64,000 nucleotides of DNA, taken from contig CP154954.1 in the NCBI GenBank assembly GCA_039621445.1, positions 40,169,572 to 40,233,571 on the forward strand, given 5' to 3'. Shown piece after piece: positions 63,721 to 64,000 of this stretch. Position 1 is the stretch's first letter, and each line of letters begins with the position of its first letter. The DNA is from Euglena gracilis (taxonomy: Eukaryota). Both the position numbers and the translations under genes were made by a program. Under the pieces are notes generated by a model, which was given only the letters and a program-made list of their open reading frames with translations, was not told the origin of the DNA and made no database searches.

Positions 63721-64000
63721 GCGCGTGTGGGGAGGTGTTTGGGTTTCCGTGTGAGGAGTTTTTTTTTTGTGGGGGGCTGGACTCCCCCCTCCGCTCCGGA
63801 ATTTTTTTGGGTGTTTTTTGGCCTAAATCCATTGCTTTTGAGGCAGTTTTCCCTCGGTGTCTCCAGAGGAAACGACGCCCCCCAGGTGGGGGGAGGGTGG
63901 GAAATGAGTGCTTGGTTGTGAAAAGTGGCTGACCGGATATTTTTTCTGAAGTAGATGGTGACCTCGTTTCAAATGAACGACAGTTTTTTGAACATCATTC

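Noticed and set aside
57-63932. Most ORFs in the supplied track
   Set aside because: They are G/P/K/F-rich translations of MITEs, homopolymers and satellites, and they overlap in all six frames.

Overview
Eukaryotic nuclear DNA, most likely from a euglenid (Euglena-type). This is inferred from introns with the euglenid nonconventional geometry: CAG-like at +4..+6 pairing with CTG-like at -8..-6, followed by a purine. Positions ~1-34 kb are nested non-autonomous DNA transposons sorted by target-site duplication (TSD): 8 bp hAT-like CA..TG, 3 bp GG..CC, TA and TTAA. They lie among satellites, transposase and reverse-transcriptase relics, and a ~5.2 kb inversion. Positions ~34-64 kb hold a decayed CCCH/Ser-Pro pseudogene, a hand-built 14-exon + strand gene (38.6-48.9 kb; 9 nonconventional or intermediate and 4 GT-AG introns), a - strand gene (51.9-57.3+ kb) and part of a third gene. 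Main result: a hAT-type MITE with a perfect 8-bp TSD (55508-56270) interrupts a reading frame. Element plus one TSD copy gives exactly the N3-CAG...(C/G)TG-N5|R nonconventional-intron layout (3+5 = 8), suggesting hAT MITEs create these introns. All gene models are manual and lack transcript evidence. Long G/C homopolymers may contain assembly errors. Nearly all ORFs in the supplied track appear spurious.
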